DNA from: Flavobacteriales bacterium
GTDB taxonomy: Bacteria; Bacteroidota; Bacteroidia; Flavobacteriales_C; GCA-002722245
Length of the DNA: 64,000 bases
NCBI GenBank assembly: GCA_023251095.1
Contig: JAHEZL010000004.1
Coordinates: forward strand, 48,226-112,225
Reading direction: 5' to 3'
A model generated the notes under the pieces. The model saw only the letters and a program-made list of their open reading frames with translations. It was not told where the DNA came from and ran no database searches. Of this stretch, positions 1 through 9,221 are shown piece by piece; the stretch's first letter is position 1, and each line of letters opens with the position of its first letter. Made by a program: the position numbers and the translations under genes.

Positions 1-721
1 CGAGTTCATAGGCTTTGTTGATGGCGTCACTTCCGTTGGTGCTGCCCGATGAGGCCAAATCATCAAGGGCTGCAAATATTTTGTTTTTGTTGCTGCAGGA
101 AGTCGGCGTTAAAACCACGCGATTTTCTCCGGCATAAGTAACGATGGATATTTTATCGTCTTCACCCAAACGGTTAACCAGTTTTTTAAAGCATTGTTTT
201 AGCAGAGGTAATTTATTTTCATCCGACATGGATCCTGAAACATCGAGCAACAAAACCAGATTGGATTTCGGGAATTTAGTTTCCTGACCTTTGATGCCGA
301 TGCGCACCAGTTTGTGTCCGCTCGTCCACGGACAATCACTAATCTCGCCATTTACAGTAATATTGTCGGCAGAGTTTCCGCTGTAGTTGTAAGAGAAATA
401 ATTGATAAATTCTTCAATGCGAACGGCATCTTTATTGGGTTTTTCTCCTGCCATAATCATTCGTCGCACATTGCTGTATGATCCGCCGTCGGCATCAATA
501 GAAAAAGTGGAAATTGGTTTTTCACTGGCTTTTACAAAAGTGTTTTCTGAAATTTCATTGTATTTTTCTCCTGTGTTTATTTCTTCTACGCTGGGAGTAG
601 CGGCAGCTTCCGACATGTCCATTCTTACTTCTTCGTTGGATGCTGATTCGTCGCGACAGCTGCTTACTGTTAGGATTATTCCCGCTCCCAGAGCAAAAAT
701 AAAGGATGAGTTACGTTTCAT
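1..721 (-). CDS. von Willebrand factor type A (vWA) domain protein, YfbK/BatA-like; 3' end truncated by window edge
   Basis: Reverse-strand translation from the ATG at 721: MKRNSSFIFALGAGIILTVSSC... (lipoprotein-like signal), then ...LVLLLDVSGSMSDENKLPLLKQ...ISIVTYAGE...SSGSTNGSDAI. The DxSGS MIDAS motif and downstream S/T/D positions are typical of vWA. Not in the ORF track because no stop codon lies inside the window. Confidence 0.75.
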   Translation of the reverse strand, partial: MKRNSSFIFALGAGIILTVSSCRDESASNEEVRMDMSEAAATPSVEEINTGEKYNEISENTFVKASEKPISTFSIDADGGSYSNVRRMIMAGEKPNKDAVRIEEFINYFSYNYSGNSADNITVNGEISDCPWTSGHKLVRIGIKGQETKFPKSNLVLLLDVSGSMSDENKLPLLKQCFKKLVNRLGEDDKISIVTYAGENRVVLTPTSCSNKNKIFAALDDLASSGSTNGSDAINKAYEL

Positions 722-815
722 ATATTTTATGTTTAAGAGATTTTCAGTTGATACCTCCTAAATTGAAAAGGTAACCCGTCATTCTTTTCTTATTTTAGTG
801 CAATAATTTCATCGC

Positions 816-1538
816 ATGAGAAACGCCCTTTTTATTCTTTTGTTATTTCCTTTTACTTTTTGTTTGGCGCAAACTCCAAAAAAAATATTGGAGTGTATTG
901 CAGCACAAAAGGGGATTTTCATAGGTGAGTTTGTGTATGAATCAAAAACATTTTATTTGGCGTTGAAGCAGAGTAAACTTTCTTCAAAAGATGTGGCTTC
1001 TTCAGTCAGTGTATATACTCTTGAAGCAAAGGGAAGAATAAACGATACAGTTCTTGAAAAGCCTTTACTTATTGAATATGATGAGCTACTTGCGCAAAAG
1101 ATGGACTCCGTTCCTGCAATTCATTTTAATCAGGAGCAGTCGGTTTTGTTTGTTCCGCGGGTAATAGATGACAGGTTAACCAATGACTATCTCCAATACA
1201 AATTCAATGGCAAATATTTTGAGTGCAAGGAATTTGAAAATGCTTTGGATGAGGTGATGCTCACTTTAAAATCCGGCAGCGTTCATAATGTTGTGAATCT
1301 CGAATCCAGTATTATTAAAGACAAAAAAACCGCCATAGCTGTTGCCGAACCTATTCTTTTCGGAATTTACGGAAAGGAAAATATTGAAAGACAAAAACCT
1401 TACGATGTGCAGTATGTGGAAGTGTATTGGGTGATTTCAGGGACTTTGAAAGAAGGTGGTTTTGCTTTTGGTGGAACTTTTTTAATTATTATGGATTCTC
1501 GTAACGGACAGGTATTACGGATGACGCATGGGAAGTAA
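816..1538 (+). CDS. hypothetical secreted protein
   Basis: ATG start followed by a signal peptide (MRNALFILLLFPFTFCLAQ). No recognisable catalytic motif. The downstream gene starts 12 nt later. Confidence 0.5.
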   Translation: MRNALFILLLFPFTFCLAQTPKKILECIAAQKGIFIGEFVYESKTFYLALKQSKLSSKDVASSVSVYTLEAKGRINDTVLEKPLLIEYDELLAQKMDSVPAIHFNQEQSVLFVPRVIDDRLTNDYLQYKFNGKYFECKEFENALDEVMLTLKSGSVHNVVNLESSIIKDKKTAIAVAEPILFGIYGKENIERQKPYDVQYVEVYWVISGTLKEGGFAFGGTFLIIMDSRNGQVLRMTHGK

Positions 1539-1549
1539 AAGAATGTGAA

Positions 1550-2311
1550 ATGGAAGAAGTTGATAAAGAAAAGGAAAAGCTTTTACAAAATAGCAAGTAC
1601 GGTTCAACAGAAGAAATTCGAAAAAAAACCTTGGAGCAGGCAAGCCTAACATCTCATGTGCTCAATTTATTGGGTTGTATAATAGGTGTTCTTAGTTATT
1701 TTGATGTATTTGTTGATTGGCTTGTTTTGCTTGCTTGGTTTTATTTGGCGGCAATAGTTATTTATTCCTTTTGGTATAAAGGATTGATAGTAATCGGACC
1801 AACTAATAAAGAGAGTCCTTACGAGTCGCATTTTTTGGGACTTTTTATTGGCGCAATGTGGTTGATGTTTTTAAGTTTCGATTTCAATATCATTGATTAT
1901 TCATATGCTCTTTATCTTACTTTAATTTTTTCGGCGATAATAATGATTTTAGTGTTTTTTGCTACTAAAGAACTTAAAGGTGAAAGTGCTATTTATAAAA
2001 TTGTAAATGTGTTTTCAGTTTCACTGTCCCTGGGTTGTTTCGTTTTTGGATTAATCATTTCCTACAATTGTATTTATGATTCTTCAGAAAAAGCAGTTGC
2101 TTATTATGAAACAGTGGTAGTAAACAAATACAATACAGGAGGGAAAGACTCACAGGATATTTTATCGGTTAATCCCTGGGGCGATGAAAAGGAAGAAAAT
2201 GATGTGCTGGTAGACAAAGAAACTTTTGATAAAGTAAATGCAGGAGACACTGTTGGAATCTATGTTGAAAATGGAGCTTTTGGTATTCATTGGTATCATG
2301 CCGTTCATTAA
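1550..2311 (+). CDS. hypothetical integral membrane protein
   Basis: Several hydrophobic helices after a charged N-terminus. Probably co-transcribed with 816..1538. Confidence 0.5.
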   Translation: MEEVDKEKEKLLQNSKYGSTEEIRKKTLEQASLTSHVLNLLGCIIGVLSYFDVFVDWLVLLAWFYLAAIVIYSFWYKGLIVIGPTNKESPYESHFLGLFIGAMWLMFLSFDFNIIDYSYALYLTLIFSAIIMILVFFATKELKGESAIYKIVNVFSVSLSLGCFVFGLIISYNCIYDSSEKAVAYYETVVVNKYNTGGKDSQDILSVNPWGDEKEENDVLVDKETFDKVNAGDTVGIYVENGAFGIHWYHAVH

Positions 2312-2640
2312 CTCAACATCCCAATTAAAATAAGCAGCGGCAGAAATGCCACCGGATATTTAAAAGTTTGCGTGAACCACCACGCAAACTCTTTGTCGAT
2401 AAAATAAATCACGTAAGTGCCCACCCATGTCAAGGTGTAAAAGAAATTAAAGATGAAGGTCCCGAAAATAAAAATCATGGTGTCGTTGTGGCTAATACGA
2501 TTATTGATAAATCCATCGTGATTTAGCTTGGGCAAAAAAACCGGTATTAATGCGGCGGCGATCCATACCACATTAAAGAGGATGCGGTTTTTCTCCCAAA
2601 TTTTTAATATGTCGAGAAACTTAGGCGGCTGGTTTTTCAT
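2308..2640 (-). CDS. hypothetical small membrane protein
   Basis: 110 aa with 3 predicted TM helices. Overlaps the upstream gene 2621..3163 by 20 nt, an operonic arrangement. Confidence 0.4.
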   Translation of the reverse strand: MKNQPPKFLDILKIWEKNRILFNVVWIAAALIPVFLPKLNHDGFINNRISHNDTMIFIFGTFIFNFFYTLTWVGTYVIYFIDKEFAWWFTQTFKYPVAFLPLLILIGMLS

Positions 2641-3163
2641 AAGAATGGATGTTAGTAGTGTCGTTGTTTTGATCTTTTAGTTTTTGTATTTTTTTCATCA
2701 GAACGCTTATTCTCCATAGTACTCCATAGCCAATTACTCCGAAAGAACAATCTATAAATCTCCACAACATTGGGATTTCCCGAATTTGTCCGAAGAGCAA
2801 AGCAGTTGGAATAAGTAAAGCACAAGCCATCATTCCGAAGCGGATGATCCATTCATTTTTAAAAGGATCGCGGAGCGGACCAACAAACAACAGCGCGAAC
2901 ATAAAGTGAGCAAAGGCCAGCCAGTCGGTGCCGTAAGCCATGAAGGGAAAATGCTCATCGTTGTAAACCAGCGCTTGTCGTACTTCACTCACAAAGGAAA
3001 ATATTGTTCCATGCGCTTGAATTTCATCGAGGGATTCCACCAGTACGTCAACACCCCAGAGGAGAGGAATAGCGCTGAGTCCGCTTAAGAACAATCCGAT
3101 AATAAAAATCCATAAGTATTTACGGAGTTTTTTTTCTGCTGAAATAATTTCAAGTGTTTTCAT
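2621..3163 (-). CDS. hypothetical membrane protein
   Basis: 180 aa with about 4 TM helices. ATG at 3163, just 2 nt downstream of the stop of 3165..4724. Confidence 0.5.
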   Translation of the reverse strand: MKTLEIISAEKKLRKYLWIFIIGLFLSGLSAIPLLWGVDVLVESLDEIQAHGTIFSFVSEVRQALVYNDEHFPFMAYGTDWLAFAHFMFALLFVGPLRDPFKNEWIIRFGMMACALLIPTALLFGQIREIPMLWRFIDCSFGVIGYGVLWRISVLMKKIQKLKDQNNDTTNIHSYEKPAA

Positions 3164-3164
3164 A

Positions 3165-4724
3165 TTATTGAAGTTTAGATTGTATTAGTTCTTCTGTTCT
3201 TTTGTATCCTTTCGAGCGGAAGTAATCCACTAAATACTGATCTGATTTGTTCCACGACATTAAGGTGAGTTCGTTTTGAGTTTCCAGGTAATTTCGAATT
3301 CTATATTCGAAATCAATAGGTTGGTAGTTTAACGCATCAGTATCAGTGGAATCAATAACTGTTGGTAAGGTTTTGTGATTGTATTCATAAAAAGTTTTGT
3401 TTTCTAAAAGTACCGGAAGTGTTTTGGTTGATAATGAAATCAGGTATTCATAATCAGCAACACCTGATTTTGATTGAGAAAGATTGTATTCCGCTATCAT
3501 CACATCCCAGTTCACCAGCGATGCGCAAACGAAGAACAAATACACAAACCATGAATTGCTTCTGAGTAAAAAGTAAACACTTTTTCTTTTTTCTACTTTA
3601 AAAAACATCATGATGAGTCCGAAGATGGTTAAGCTCAAAAACATGAGCACGCCTATTCTTTTATAAGTTAAACTGTAGTAATTGATGTAGTACAAACATT
3701 TTAAAAAGGCAGTGATGGCCAAAGCGATATTTTGCACCAGCCAGATGAAGCCCAGTATTTTTAAATGTTTGTTTTTTTGCATGAAGTTGATGTTCCCTTT
3801 AAAGAAGTAAACCAAAATGCCAATCGACAAGAGGAGGGAGAGGATCAGTAAATAAATTCCCTCGTGCAGTTCGGCCGACAGGCTTACGCCTACTTTATAA
3901 TCAAAGGCTATCCATACTTTCCAAACATCCACCGCATTTACCATTAGCAGCAAAAGGTTGAGAGAAATTAAAGTGATGAAGGCAATTCTGTATTCATTCA
4001 TCAAAGCATTTAAGGCAAAGGGGAAGGAATGTTTTTTTCTTTTTCTTTCAATGTCGTCGGATTGCTGGTCTTCCAGTTTTTGAAAGACTTCACCTTTTTT
4101 GTAAAAGATAAGGTAGCAGGCGATCAATGCGCCCCAGCCAATAAATACAAAGCGAAGAGGAGGGTAGTGCTCAAAAAATGCGCTGAAATATTGCCATATG
4201 CCGTCGAACACTTTTATGCTGAATTTTTCGACAAAGGGATTCGATCGAAAATAAATCAGGTAGAAAACCAAAGTAATGACAACAGGAATCACTAGTAATT
4301 TAGCCCATTTCCATGCTTTTTTGCCTGAAGCTGTTTTTTGAGAAATTCTTCCTGCCGATTCAAAAAAGGTTCCGAAGGAATAAAAAAAGTTGATGGCTGA
4401 TGCCGGCACCACATAATAAATGGACCGCAGTTCCTCCTGATAGTAAAAGGTGATGAACAAAACCGCAGAGGAAAAAAACATAATGATACTCAGTACACTA
4501 TTGATGTAAACCAGCGCAAAAAGAGAAATCAGAATCCCGATGAGCGACACCAATACATATTTTCTTTTTAATTTCTGAGGTTCTAAAAAAGCCAGTACGC
4601 CAATAAATAGCAGGGAGTAAAGGGCATAGTTGATTCCCGGTTTTTCCTGCCAGAAGAGGAAGTTGAATGCTGCGCTTAAAGTGAAGAAGGTGGCTACCCG
4701 GATTTTTCTTTGTGTGATTTCCAT
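3165..4724 (-). CDS. hypothetical polytopic membrane protein (about 10-12 TM)
   Basis: 519 aa, highly hydrophobic, no enzymatic motif recognised. Heads a 3-gene membrane-protein operon on the minus strand. Confidence 0.55.
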   Translation of the reverse strand: MEITQRKIRVATFFTLSAAFNFLFWQEKPGINYALYSLLFIGVLAFLEPQKLKRKYVLVSLIGILISLFALVYINSVLSIIMFFSSAVLFITFYYQEELRSIYYVVPASAINFFYSFGTFFESAGRISQKTASGKKAWKWAKLLVIPVVITLVFYLIYFRSNPFVEKFSIKVFDGIWQYFSAFFEHYPPLRFVFIGWGALIACYLIFYKKGEVFQKLEDQQSDDIERKRKKHSFPFALNALMNEYRIAFITLISLNLLLLMVNAVDVWKVWIAFDYKVGVSLSAELHEGIYLLILSLLLSIGILVYFFKGNINFMQKNKHLKILGFIWLVQNIALAITAFLKCLYYINYYSLTYKRIGVLMFLSLTIFGLIMMFFKVEKRKSVYFLLRSNSWFVYLFFVCASLVNWDVMIAEYNLSQSKSGVADYEYLISLSTKTLPVLLENKTFYEYNHKTLPTVIDSTDTDALNYQPIDFEYRIRNYLETQNELTLMSWNKSDQYLVDYFRSKGYKRTEELIQSKLQ

Positions 4725-4982
4725 ATGTATTGTATTAGTTATTTGTTTATTTAAAGTACTTTGTAATTCAAAGTAAATGGGTGAAAAAATAATATTAACT
4801 CAGTGTTGGTTGGTAATATTGTGTTGTTGACGTCATTTATAAGTTTTGTTTAAAGTACTTTGAAATACAAAGTTAAAATGAAATTTGAGATGTGCAAGAG
4901 AAAGGAAGAAATATTTTTTGCATGTAGTTTCAGATTTTTAATCTGAAACAAAACTTAAAGCGATTTTTAATCGCAATGAACT

Positions 4983-5612
4983 ATGTCCTATCTTTGTTTC
5001 ACAATGATTATTCACGCAGTAAAGAAAAAAGTAGCCATCACCGAAAGGGTTTTTGATCCTTGTCCGGATTGCGGCAGATCTAACGCCATCGATATTACGA
5101 TATACCAAAGGTATTACCGCTTGTTCTGGATTCCTTTTTTTCCATTGGGCAAAACGGGGGAGACGGTGTGCTTGAATTGCGATAAGGAATACAAATCGAA
5201 AAAACTCACGGGATCATTAAAGTTGGCGTATGAAAATTTAAAACGACAAACGCCCGTGCCCAAGTACCTATATTCAGGATTGATCCTTGTGTTGGTTTTA
5301 ATTCCGGTGATGATTTATATGTCGATGAATGGCCGTGCAGAAAAACACCAATTGATCTCCACACCTCAATTGAACGACGTTTACAAAGTGCAGCTGCCTA
5401 ACCGAAAATACGCTTTATATAAAGTGGCGGAAATAAAAGGAGATACTGTGTTTGTCAGGAAAAGCAACAAGGAAGCCGCTAAGCTGTTTGGTATTTCAGC
5501 TCTCGACAATAAAGGTGATTCTTCTTTTTTCCGCGGGAAAATACCTTTTCTGAAAAAGGATTTGCAAAGCATGAATGAGCAAGGGGATATTTTCTCCATC
5601 GACAGGGAATAG
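4983..5612 (+). CDS. hypothetical protein with N-terminal zinc-ribbon (CPDCG...CLNCD) and one TM helix
   Basis: Two CxxC pairs about 30 aa apart, then a hydrophobic segment (LILVLVLIPVMIYM). The start is uncertain because several in-frame Met codons exist. Confidence 0.45.
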   Translation: MSYLCFTMIIHAVKKKVAITERVFDPCPDCGRSNAIDITIYQRYYRLFWIPFFPLGKTGETVCLNCDKEYKSKKLTGSLKLAYENLKRQTPVPKYLYSGLILVLVLIPVMIYMSMNGRAEKHQLISTPQLNDVYKVQLPNRKYALYKVAEIKGDTVFVRKSNKEAAKLFGISALDNKGDSSFFRGKIPFLKKDLQSMNEQGDIFSIDRE

Positions 5613-5678
5613 GAATAAATACTTTTAATTTTAAATTTGCCCTGCCTAAGAATGGATGTTAAACACAAATTTTATCAC

Positions 5679-6461
5679 ATGCCTAAATATTTTAAACTTC
5701 TGCTTGCTGCTGCAATTTTTTTGAGCACTCAGCATATGAATGCTCAAAACGGATCAGCTGATTATTATAAAAAACCAACACCCGATACACTTAAAAAAGA
5801 CAATGATTTTCCTCATTTCCGCTTCGCTATAAGTGGAGGCCTTAGTGCTATACCGGTTTCGGTGTCGAGTAGTGTCCCTTCTTATCTGACGTCATTTGTA
5901 CAGGGATTAACAACAGGTGGAAATTTTAGTACGGAGTTGAATTATTTCTGGAACAGGAACAACGGTTTTGGATTGAAATACAATGTTTATTCTGCAGGCA
6001 ATAGTGCCCTTATAGATTTTCCTGCATCGGGAGGCGGAACAGTTTCTGCTGTAGTATCTGTTTCTAATGCTTACAGCTTTATCGGTCCGGAATACTATTC
6101 GCGGCTGATCAGTAAAAACAAAAAAGCAGCTTTAATTTTAGGAGTTGGACTCGGTTACATGGATTATTATTCTCATATTTTTGTTGGTACTTTAGAGGCA
6201 CAACAAACAGGAAATACATTCGGATTGAGTTATGATTTTGCTTACGATTATGCGGTGAGCGATAATTTTTCGATAGGTGTGCAACTGTCGTATATCAAAG
6301 GAACTTTGTTTTCATACCAGGAAAATGATGGCACAACAGTGAAGACTGTTACGTTAACTCAGGGCTCTTATGAAAGTTTGAATCATTTGGATATTTCAAT
6401 CGGAGTAAGATATACACCCATTCCAAAAGCAGCCAAGAGCAATGTGCATACTTATATGTAA
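5679..6461 (+). CDS. putative outer-membrane beta-barrel protein
   Basis: Signal peptide MPKYFKLLLAAAIFLSTQHMNAQ. Alternating aromatic/Gly-rich beta-strand pattern and a C-terminal aromatic residue. The ORF-track start at 5637 is TTG, so the ATG at 5679 is preferred. Confidence 0.5.
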   Translation: MPKYFKLLLAAAIFLSTQHMNAQNGSADYYKKPTPDTLKKDNDFPHFRFAISGGLSAIPVSVSSSVPSYLTSFVQGLTTGGNFSTELNYFWNRNNGFGLKYNVYSAGNSALIDFPASGGGTVSAVVSVSNAYSFIGPEYYSRLISKNKKAALILGVGLGYMDYYSHIFVGTLEAQQTGNTFGLSYDFAYDYAVSDNFSIGVQLSYIKGTLFSYQENDGTTVKTVTLTQGSYESLNHLDISIGVRYTPIPKAAKSNVHTYM

Positions 6462-6464
6462 GCG

Positions 6465-7145
6465 CTAGCTTTTGTAAGCTGTAAAAGCTTTCCAGTAAGG
6501 ATTATCAGGAACAGGGGCTTCAATAGTAATTTTCTCGTTGCTTACCGGATGCATAAATGTGAGGTAGCGCGCGTGTAAACAAATCGATCGGTCTTTATTT
6601 GGAGTGGGGGCACCATACTTGGTATCGCCCTGAATGATGCAACCTATTTTCGACAGCTGCACTCTGATTTGATGATGGCGTCCGGTTTTTGGATACACTT
6701 CTACCAAAGTTTGATTGCCTTCTGTAGTGAGCCATTTGTAGGATAAGATGGCGAGTTTTGAATTTTTTATTTCCTGTTTGAAAGCGAAGGATTTATTTTT
6801 TTCGCCATTCTTCACCAGGTAATTTTGCAGTGTATCTTCTTTTAGCGGCGGTGCCTGAATCACTATTGCCCAATAGGTTTTTTGAATGGTTTTTTCCTGA
6901 AACATCAGATTCATTCGCGCCAAAGCTTTGGAAGTTTTTGCAAAGAGAACAATGCCTGTAACCGGACGGTCGATGCGGTGCGTGATGCCCAGATAAGCCT
7001 CTCCGGGCTTGTTGTATTTTACGCGTAAAAATTCTTTTACTCTGTCGGCCAATGTTTCATCGCCGGTTTTGTCGCCCTGAACCAAATCTGAAGAAGCTTT
7101 GTTCACAGCAATCAAATGATTGTCTTCGTATAAAACCTGAACCAT
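6465..7145 (-). CDS. RluA-family pseudouridine synthase
   Basis: HRIDRPVTGIVLFAKTSKA catalytic-Asp motif (HRLD...TSG type) and a small S4-less RluA-like architecture. Confidence 0.85.
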   Translation of the reverse strand: MVQVLYEDNHLIAVNKASSDLVQGDKTGDETLADRVKEFLRVKYNKPGEAYLGITHRIDRPVTGIVLFAKTSKALARMNLMFQEKTIQKTYWAIVIQAPPLKEDTLQNYLVKNGEKNKSFAFKQEIKNSKLAILSYKWLTTEGNQTLVEVYPKTGRHHQIRVQLSKIGCIIQGDTKYGAPTPNKDRSICLHARYLTFMHPVSNEKITIEAPVPDNPYWKAFTAYKS

Positions 7146-7963
7146 TAATATTGTTCTTTTTCGCTTGGGAATTTATTTTCCTGAACATCCTTGATATAGT
7201 TCTTGGTGGCTTTTGTCATATCATCGAAAAGATGAAGGTAGCGGCGTAAAAAACGCGGACTGAATTCTTCGTTCATTCCAAACATATCATGAGAAACCAA
7301 AACCTGACCGTCCACCCATTTTCCGGCACCGATACCGATAACGGGGATGCTTAATTTTTTTGCAATTTGCTTAGCGAGCACAGCCGGAACTTTTTCTAAC
7401 ACTAAAGCAAAAACGCCGGCTTGTTGTAAAATTAAAGCATCTTCCATTAATTTTTTTGCTTCCACTTCTTCTTTGGCTCTTACTTCGTAAGTTCCGAATT
7501 TATAAATGGATTGAGGCGTTAAGCCCAAGTGACCCATCACCGGAATTCCGGCCGTTAATATTCTTTCAATGGATTCTTTAATTTCTTTTCCGCCTTCCAG
7601 TTTCACGGAGTGCGCTCCTGATTCTTTCATGATGCGGATAGCGGAGTTCAAAGCTTCCTTTGAATTTCCCTGATAAGAACCAAAGGGAAGATCCACTACC
7701 ACTAAAGCGCGTGATGTGGCACGAATTACCGATGCCGCATGATAAATCATTTGATCCAGCGTGATGGGTAAAGTCGTTTCATGTCCGGCCATCACATTAG
7801 ATGCAGAATCACCTACCAATATAATATCGGTTCCTGCTCCGTCAATGATTTTCGCCATCGTAAAATCGTACGCAGTAAGCATAGAGATTTTGTGCTTTTG
7901 GCGTTTCATCTCCTGAAGAGTATTGGTGGTTACTCTTTTTATAGTGTTGAATTCTGCTGACAT
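7145..7963 (-). CDS. panB: 3-methyl-2-oxobutanoate hydroxymethyltransferase
   Basis: [40 protein letters not shown] and GHLGLTPQS motifs match PanB. The stop overlaps the start of the RluA gene. Confidence 0.9.
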   Translation of the reverse strand: MSAEFNTIKRVTTNTLQEMKRQKHKISMLTAYDFTMAKIIDGAGTDIILVGDSASNVMAGHETTLPITLDQMIYHAASVIRATSRALVVVDLPFGSYQGNSKEALNSAIRIMKESGAHSVKLEGGKEIKESIERILTAGIPVMGHLGLTPQSIYKFGTYEVRAKEEVEAKKLMEDALILQQAGVFALVLEKVPAVLAKQIAKKLSIPVIGIGAGKWVDGQVLVSHDMFGMNEEFSPRFLRRYLHLFDDMTKATKNYIKDVQENKFPSEKEQY

Positions 7964-7993
7964 TATTATGTATTAAGTAGTAAAGTTAGTAGT

Positions 7994-9010
7994 TTATTCC
8001 CCTTCTTTTTTTCCAACTTCCTTATTGATAGGAGTGGTAGTGTTTGTTGGATTTTCGGGCAAAGTTTCTTCCGTTTTTGCATCCAGCATGTCAATCACTT
8101 GAAGCATTCGTTTGTTTTCTGCTTCCAAACTATCCACTTTTTGCAAGAGCATTTTCATTGCATTGGCATTGGTAGAAGTGACTTTTTTCTTCAGGGCTGC
8201 ATTTTCTTTATAAGAGATTTCCAATTGTTGCTGAAGAATTTTAATGGCTGCTTCAGCATCCTTAACATTAGGATTGGCGTGTGTGCTGAGCTCGAGTTTT
8301 AAACTGTCGTTCTCTTTTCTCAAACTGTCCATGGCTGCTGCCAAAGCTTCTTTTTCATCTACTTCGGGCATGCTTGCCATGAGTTTATATACATAGAAAT
8401 AATCTACTTTTCCTTTTGCTTCGGGTCCGATGAGTAAGCCCATTCCGCCGTTTTTAAAGCTGGCATTTTGAAAAGAGAAATTGTAAACGTCGTTGATATA
8501 AATATCATATTTACCGGCAAAGCCTTTGATTACAATTTTATTGAACTCGTTGCTCACCAGGTTTTTTGATTTTACCCATCCGGCTTCACCGGTGGTAATA
8601 TATTGTCCCGAAGAAACGATGCCACGCACACGGAACTGTTGTTTTCTGTTGATTTCCATTACAAATCCGCCTGAGCCGTCACTTTGAGTCATGAAGAGTA
8701 TACCTAAGGTTTGTGCATCGGTATTTCCTGGTCCGAGTAAGAGCGCCGTTTTAATCATGAATTTATTACTCACATCAGGAAAACTAGGCATTACCGCTCT
8801 CGATTTGTTACTTCCCGGTCGCTCCATATAATAGGAACCCTGCAAAACCATAGATTTTATGTTTGCTTCATTAAGGGTTGGCCAGTTTTGCGTTTCATCA
8901 GTGAAATCGTCGAAATACATTTTTTCTATGGTTTCATTTGTGATGAGAGGTTGCGCTAACACTGATAGCGGTAGAAGAGCAGAGACAAGAAGGTGTACAA
9001 ATAATTTCAT
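7994..9010 (-). CDS. hypothetical secreted protein with C-terminal coiled coil
   Basis: Signal peptide MKLFVHLLVSALLPLSVLAQ and heptad-like K/E/L-rich C-terminal ~120 aa. Confidence 0.5.
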   Translation of the reverse strand: MKLFVHLLVSALLPLSVLAQPLITNETIEKMYFDDFTDETQNWPTLNEANIKSMVLQGSYYMERPGSNKSRAVMPSFPDVSNKFMIKTALLLGPGNTDAQTLGILFMTQSDGSGGFVMEINRKQQFRVRGIVSSGQYITTGEAGWVKSKNLVSNEFNKIVIKGFAGKYDIYINDVYNFSFQNASFKNGGMGLLIGPEAKGKVDYFYVYKLMASMPEVDEKEALAAAMDSLRKENDSLKLELSTHANPNVKDAEAAIKILQQQLEISYKENAALKKKVTSTNANAMKMLLQKVDSLEAENKRMLQVIDMLDAKTEETLPENPTNTTTPINKEVGKKEGE

Positions 9011-9221
9011 GACAATCCGGTTAATTCGCTAAAGGTAAAAAAAATAGGCAATTGGAAACAGTCCCCTGATTTTAGGGGCTGAATGTCGTTTTGTCAGGAC
9101 TATCCTCGGACTTTTAAATCTTTGTCGGATATATAATGACAAAAGGTGTCAACCTGTCTATTAAAAACCAATGGCACAGGCATTGACAGTAGCACAGCAT
9201 AACAATTTAAAAAACACAATA

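Noticed and set aside
402-761. 119-aa + strand ORF
   Set aside because: Lies entirely antisense to the well-supported vWA-domain CDS (1..721, minus), which has clear DxSGS vWA motifs. No motifs of its own.
9011-9221. CIRCE/HrcA heat-shock operator upstream of dnaK
   Set aside because: No TTAGCACTC-N9-GAGTGCTAA-like element is present. Only a small hairpin (CCCCTGATTTTAGGGG) is present, without a known role.
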